Source: Octopus sinensis (taxonomy: Eukaryota). From it: 13,248 nucleotides of DNA. The stretch covers positions 1 to 13,248 of the forward strand of contig NW_021826146.1 in the NCBI RefSeq assembly GCF_006345805.1, given 5' to 3'. The notes under the pieces were generated by a model. It saw only the letters and a program-made list of their open reading frames with translations. It had not been told where the DNA came from and did no database searches. Each line of letters starts with the position of its first letter. Within the stretch, counting starts at the first letter, position 1. Both the position numbers and the translations under genes were made by a program. Of this stretch, positions 8,453 through 13,248 are shown piece after piece.

Positions 8453-8757
8453 TTATTGTATTTATTTATTTAAATATTATTGCCACATGGGCAGTGAAGA
8501 GAGAAACATTGAGATGAACTAGATTACAATTCAGTGCACAATTGCATAATACAATGTGCAATGCTATATAAATAAACAAGCATAAAATTATGAGCGACAG
8601 ATATGCACATACATGTGTGTGCATGAATGTTAGCATGCTTGTGCGTATGGCATGCACATACGTACACATAAAAAAATATATTTGTGGGCATATATAACAC
8701 ATGTAATATGCATATATATATATAGGTGAGTGTACATACATGCTTAAGTATCTTTTG

Positions 8758-9607
8758 TTCTTTACTCGTTTCAGTCATAGGCTTGCAGCCATGCTGGAGC
8801 ACCACCTTCAAAAGTTTAGTGAAACAAATATAGCCTAGTAATTATTTTTAAAGTCTGGTACTTATTTAATCAATCTCTTTTGCCCAACTACAACAGGGGC
8901 ATAAACAAACCAACACCAGTCATCAAGCAATAGTGGCAGACATACACAAAGAAACACACACACACACACACATATGTATGTATGTATGTATATATTAGGA
9001 GTGGCTGTGTGGTAAGAAGCTTGCTTCCCAACCACATGGTTCCGGGGTCAATCCCATCATGTAGTACCTTGGGTAAATGTCTTCTTCTATATCCTCGAGC
9101 TGACCAAACCCTTGTGAGTGGATTTGGCAGGCAGAAACTGAAAGAAGCCCGTCATATGTGTGCGTATGTGTGTGTGTATCTATGTATTTGTGTCTGTGTT
9201 TGTCACCAAAACCATCGCTTAACAACTGATGTTGGTGTGTTTGTGTCCCCATAACTTAGCAGTTCAGCAAAAGAGACAGATAGAATAAGTACTGGGCTTA
9301 CAAAGAATAACTCCTGGGATCAATTTGTTCAACTAAAGGCAGTGTTCCGGCATGACCACAGTCATATTACGGAAACAAATAAAAGAATAAAAAATGAATA
9401 TATATATATAAGTGGGTATATACAAACACACACATATGTATGTATATGTATGTATATATATGATAGGCCTCCATGTTATTTTCACCTACCAAATACAGTT
9501 ACAAAGCTTTGATCAACCCAGAGATGTAGTAGAAGACACTTGCCCAAAGTACCATTCAGTAGAATTGAACCCAAAACTACAGAGTTGCAAAGCAAGATTC
9601 TGCCTGC
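8758..9607 (-). mobile_element. Older CORE-type SINE split by a younger antiparallel copy: 3' half at ~8758-8945, 5' half at ~9463-9607
   Basis: tttactcgtttcagtcat...gccatgctggagcaccacc is the tail on the - strand; tagtagaagacacttgcccaaagtacc is the CORE segment on the - strand. The halves are in the order expected for one - strand element. Confidence 0.7.
8996..9398 (+). mobile_element. Full-length CORE-type (OR-like) SINE
   Basis: taggagtggctgtgtggtaagaagc head, ggttccggggtcaatccc B box, ccttgggtaaatgtc core, internal GT-rich tract, and tail gaaacaaataaaagaataaaaa. Confidence 0.9.
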
Positions 9608-9783
9608 CCAAAGATATATACCTCTCCTTGTTTCTTTTCTGTGTTTCTTTCTGTCGAAGAGCATAGGCTCGAAACATAAAAGACTTTTTCTATTTCTATT
9701 CCTGAGCGCTATACTAATTCATTTGTTTGTTTGTACTCCACCTGCCTTCGTCTTTTGTTTATTTTCGTAAACTTTCCCTTTAT
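9573..9783 (+). mobile_element. Dispersed repeat, copy 2 (probable PLE terminal fragment)
   Basis: Matches 7093-7281, carries ~25 bp absent from copy 1, and continues to gtaaactttcccttatata. Confidence 0.8.
9646..9683 (+). ncRNA. Minimal type-I hammerhead-ribozyme-like motif, copy 2
   Basis: TCTTT (9646-9650), CTGTCGA-A, GAGC-ATAG-GCTC (9659-9670), GAAA (9671-9674), CATA, AAAGA (9679-9683). Confidence 0.5.
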
Positions 9784-9927
9784 ATGGACAAGGACAGCTG
9801 GGTAAAGAAGTGTCCATCTTTAACTGTGGAGGGAACCTGTAGAAGAGGTAAACCCAGGAAGACAAGGGATGAGGAGGTGAAGCATGATCATTGGATGTGG
9901 AGTCTCATGGAGGCGATGACATGCTAG
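9784..9927 (+). mobile_element. RTE-clade LINE ORF 3' fragment
   Basis: MDKDSWVKKCPSLTVEGTCRRGKPRKTRDEEVKHDHWMWSLMEAMTC matches the RTE C-terminal pattern V.G.R.RGRP(R/K)KTW.E.V..D....L...M..DR. Confidence 0.75.
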
Positions 9928-9996
9928 AGCATCACATTGAAGGGTTCTAGTCAAATAGAGAGTGACCCCTACCTTCATACTTTTTTTTTCAATCGT

Positions 9997-10520
9997 GTAC
10001 TTATTCTCTCAGTCTCTGTTGCTGGAACAATAACTTACAGGGTTGTGAACAAACCAACACCAGTTATTAAGCACTGGAATGGAAGGACAAACACCAACAC
10101 ATATACATATACACATAAGGCGGCAAGCTGGCAGAAACGTTAGCACGCCATGCGAAATGCGTAGCCGTATTTCGTCTGCCATTACGTTCTGAGTTCAAAT
10201 TCCGCCGAGGTCGACTTTGCCTTTCATCCTTTCAGGGTCGATTAAATAAGTACCAGTTACGCACTGGGGTCGATATAATCGACTTAATCCGTTTGTCTGT
10301 CCTTGTTTGTCACCTCTGTGTTTAGCCCTTTGTGGGTAGTAAAGAAATACATATACATATACACATATATGAAAGGCTTCCACACAGTTTCCAGCTATAA
10401 GATTCACTCACAAGGCATTGGTTGACCTGAAGCTATGGAAGAAAACACTTGTCCAAGGTGCCACACAATGGGATCGAACCTAAAAGTGCACGTGGCTTCA
10501 AAACAAGCTTCTTAACCACA
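9997..10520 (-). mobile_element. Older CORE-type SINE interrupted by a second-family SINE
   Basis: 3' part gtacttattctc...aaaccaacaccagt (9997-10100); 5' part ttcactcacaagg...acacttgtccaaggtgcc...aagcttcttaaccaca (10368-10520). Confidence 0.75.
10118..10348 (+). mobile_element. tRNA-derived SINE, second family, full length with 19-bp TSD
   Basis: ggcggcaagctggcagaaacg...gagttcaaattccgcc (GGCGG/CCGCC acceptor-like pairing) and tail aaagaaat. Perfect acatatacatatacacata at 10099-10117 and 10349-10367. Confidence 0.93.
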
Positions 10521-10524
10521 TGAC

Positions 10525-10690
10525 TACCTTAAAGAAAGAGACACATTGGATAATGTAGTCCAAGATAGACCAATGTATAACATCTGGAAAAAAGCAAAAT
10601 ACAATAAGACGATATAATCGTGAATAAAACACCTTTAATCATGTGTGTGGTTGATGAGGTCTGACCCAGGGCTAAATAATAACAACAAGA
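10525..10690 (+). mobile_element. Probable 3' tail of a further octopus SINE-like repeat
   Basis: acattggataatgtagtcc...ctgacccagggctaaataataacaacaa ends in an AAC-type tail. Recognised from memory only; no second copy in the window. Confidence 0.35.
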
Positions 10691-10871
10691 ATCACAATCA
10701 ATCAAGAAATTATCAATTATCTAATCAATATTATTAACAAAAAACAATGGTGTAAACATACTATTATATATCCAAACATAATTAGTGGGTGTATATTACT
10801 GAAATGTTCTCTTACTTTATTTGTGTATAATACTTTGCTTGCGTATTTCATTAGAGCGCATGTTTGACTCT

Positions 10872-10922
10872 CTGTGTGTGTGTATGTGTGTGTGCATTAC
10901 ATATATATATGTATATATATGA

Positions 10923-10951
<29 letters not shown>
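10872..10951. repeat. (GT)n/(TA)n microsatellite
   Basis: Direct reading. Confidence 0.9.
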
Positions 10952-10953
<2 letters not shown>

Positions 10954-11149
10954 TTCTCGTTTTTATGTTTCCACATAAAATCTGAACCAGTATATTTCTT
11001 CACAACAAATTTTTACTCCTTTTGATATTTTCCTCCCCTCTTTTTTCGTTGGTGATGCACGGTTTTGTTTTGGCTTACTACTCTCCCTCTAATGAAGGAG
11101 AATTCAGGGATTTTTCCTTCTCTTAATGAAGGACACAGCAGAATCAAAG

Positions 11150-11249
11150 TTTATATATATAATACATACATATATATATATAAAATCTTATACATATAGT
11201 AGAAATATATCCATTATGAATAGTTTATATTTATATATATTGTGTATAT

Positions 11250-11282
<33 letters not shown>

Positions 11283-11664
11283 GTATATATATATCTGTGT
11301 TTATGAAATATATATGTATGTATATATATATGTATCTATATCTATCTATCTTTTTTCTCTCTCTATCACTCTCACTATATGTGTGTGTACATACATACAT
11401 ACATGTGTTTGTGTGTGTGTGTGTGTGTGTGTACAGAAGTTACTCAAAAAAATATAATTTGTCGATATCAAAAAATTTCTCATGGATCTGAAAAGAACAA
11501 AAGGAAACGATTCTGAACACTCGTTAATCAGGTAATGGCTAACCGACTCTTTTTTCAAACCCACCTCTCTCTCTCTCAATTTATATATATATTACACCTA
11601 CACGCACATAGACATAAGTATACATATTTACATAAATATATATATACATATGCATGCGTTTGTT

Positions 11665-11711
<47 letters not shown>

Positions 11712-11875
11712 ACACATACACCTACATTTACAGACATATATTTGTTGTCTGTCATTGTGTTTGTGTATGGCTGTATATATACACACACAGATTTACACAG
11801 GTACACACAGACAGACACCATATATTTATATATTTAGGCATTTATTTATTTATTTATTTATTTATTGGTACAGTA
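11150..11875. repeat. TA/CA/GT/TTTA-rich low-complexity region, interrupted at ~11435-11565
   Basis: Direct reading. Confidence 0.85.
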
Positions 11876-11959
11876 ATTTGCTTTTACCGTTTTGTATATA
11901 ATGACCCGCTGATGACAATGGATGGTTATGATCTGATATTATGATTGTGGTCTGCCTTG

Positions 11960-12233
11960 CGACAATGACAATGACAAACATGACAACCACAACGACGAAA
12001 CGACAACAATCACGACGACGACGACAACGAAAGTGATGGTGATGATGCTTTTCATCATCATCGTCGTCATCGTCATCATATGATGCTGGTATATTTGGCA
12101 AATTAGGAAAGCTGGGTCAGGCGGAGGAGCAAAAGCATTCACTTTTAAGAAACGCAGCATTCTGTAATGTTTATTGTTGTATGAAGCCAGCCTACAGGTT
12201 GGTGGCGTTGGCTCATGCTGTTATTGTGTGTAG

Positions 12234-12266
<33 letters not shown>

Positions 12267-12313
12267 GTTGTTGATGTTGTTGATGATTTTGTTGTTGTTG
12301 TTGTTGTTGTTGT
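11960..12313. repeat. Trinucleotide mosaics (ACA/ACG/GAT/TCA at 11960-12082; GTT at 12232-12313) around a ~140-bp unique core
   Basis: Direct reading. Confidence 0.85.
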
Positions 12314-12436
12314 GTTAGTGTTCTGTTATTCTGCTATTAATTATGTACTTGTCTCAAAAGTCTGGATATTTTCAATGGTGTTCTTTGGTCAGTGTCAAAA
12401 ACTGCTTACAAAGTGGGATAATAGCATTTCTGTAGA

Positions 12437-12896
12437 TGTGTGTGTGTTGTGTGTGTGTGTGTGTGTAAGTCTATGTACATATATGTGTGTGTGTGTGTAT
12501 ATATATATGTGTGTGAATGTGTGCAGGCATATATGTATGTAAGTCTACGTACATATATGTGTGTGTGTGTATATATCCACACACACACGCATATATGTAC
12601 ACATGTATACATACATGTATACATATATGCGTGTGTGTGTGGATACATGTATGTATTTTCAATATAAATGATATATAAGTATTTTCATATATCTATATAT
12701 AAACAAACCCATATATACACAAATATACATACACACGTACATGCGCGCAAAAAACACACACATAAGCGTATGCACACATAAGCATATATCAACATACATA
12801 TTTGTGTATGTGTATATATATACACACATACATATTTGTGTATGTATATATAAATAAATATATATATATACACATACATATTTGTGCATGTGTATG

Positions 12897-12927
<31 letters not shown>

Positions 12928-13248
12928 TATACATACATATTTGTGTACGTGTATGTATATATATCTATATATATATCTATATATATATATAGACATACAT
13001 ATTGTGTACGTGTATGTATATAATATATATATATATATATATAGATATATACCTATATATATATATATTATATTATACACACATACATATTTGTGTATGT
13101 GTATATATATATATAATATATATATATATATATGTATATATGGTTGATTTAAGAGCTGTATTGAAACATATAAATATACAAAGCACAACCAGCCATAAAA
13201 TGAAACTATATGGGCGTATGCATATATAAACAAACATATATGTATATG
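12437..13248. repeat. GT/TA microsatellites and a variable-length minisatellite with core acatacatatttgtgta(t/c)gtgtat
   Basis: The core recurs about 6 times between ~12792 and 13105, separated by TA runs of variable length. Confidence 0.88.

Noticed and set aside
12085-12230. Unique GC-richer core between trinucleotide tracts with an open + frame (GIFGKLGKLGQAEEQKH...)
   Set aside because: No recognisable homology and no clear splice sites; the open frame is extended by the flanking repeats.
2094-13233. Most ORFs in the six-frame track (YIYI, VCVC, THTH, poly-T/V/H/D peptides)
   Set aside because: They are translations of di-, tri- and tetranucleotide repeats that happen to lack stop codons, with no coding signal.

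Overview
AT-rich, repeat-dense eukaryotic DNA, most likely an intron or intergenic region of an octopus or other coleoid cephalopod. That host call is inferred from the SINE families and the very high TA/CA/GTAT microsatellite load. No intact protein-coding gene is evident, and almost every ORF in the track is a translation of simple repeats. Main contents: (1) a ~2 kb block at 57-2046 bounded by 270-bp inverted repeats (~94% identical) and apparently built from Penelope-like retroelement (PLE) pieces, namely a stop-riddled RT/linker relic on +, a 225-bp internal tandem duplication, and a stop-free GIY-YIG endonuclease C-terminal half on -; (2) two tRNA-derived SINE families, two copies with perfect 17- and 19-bp target-site duplications, and two cases of a SINE nested in the internal microsatellite of an older SINE; (3) a 396-bp non-autonomous Helitron-like element flanked by an atypical 58-bp direct duplication; (4) two copies of a short repeat carrying a minimal type-I hammerhead-ribozyme-like fold with a variant core (CUGUCGA); (5) an RTE-LINE 3' fragment; (6) one weak candidate terminal exon. 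All protein and family assignments are by-eye matches to remembered family motifs, not database searches.
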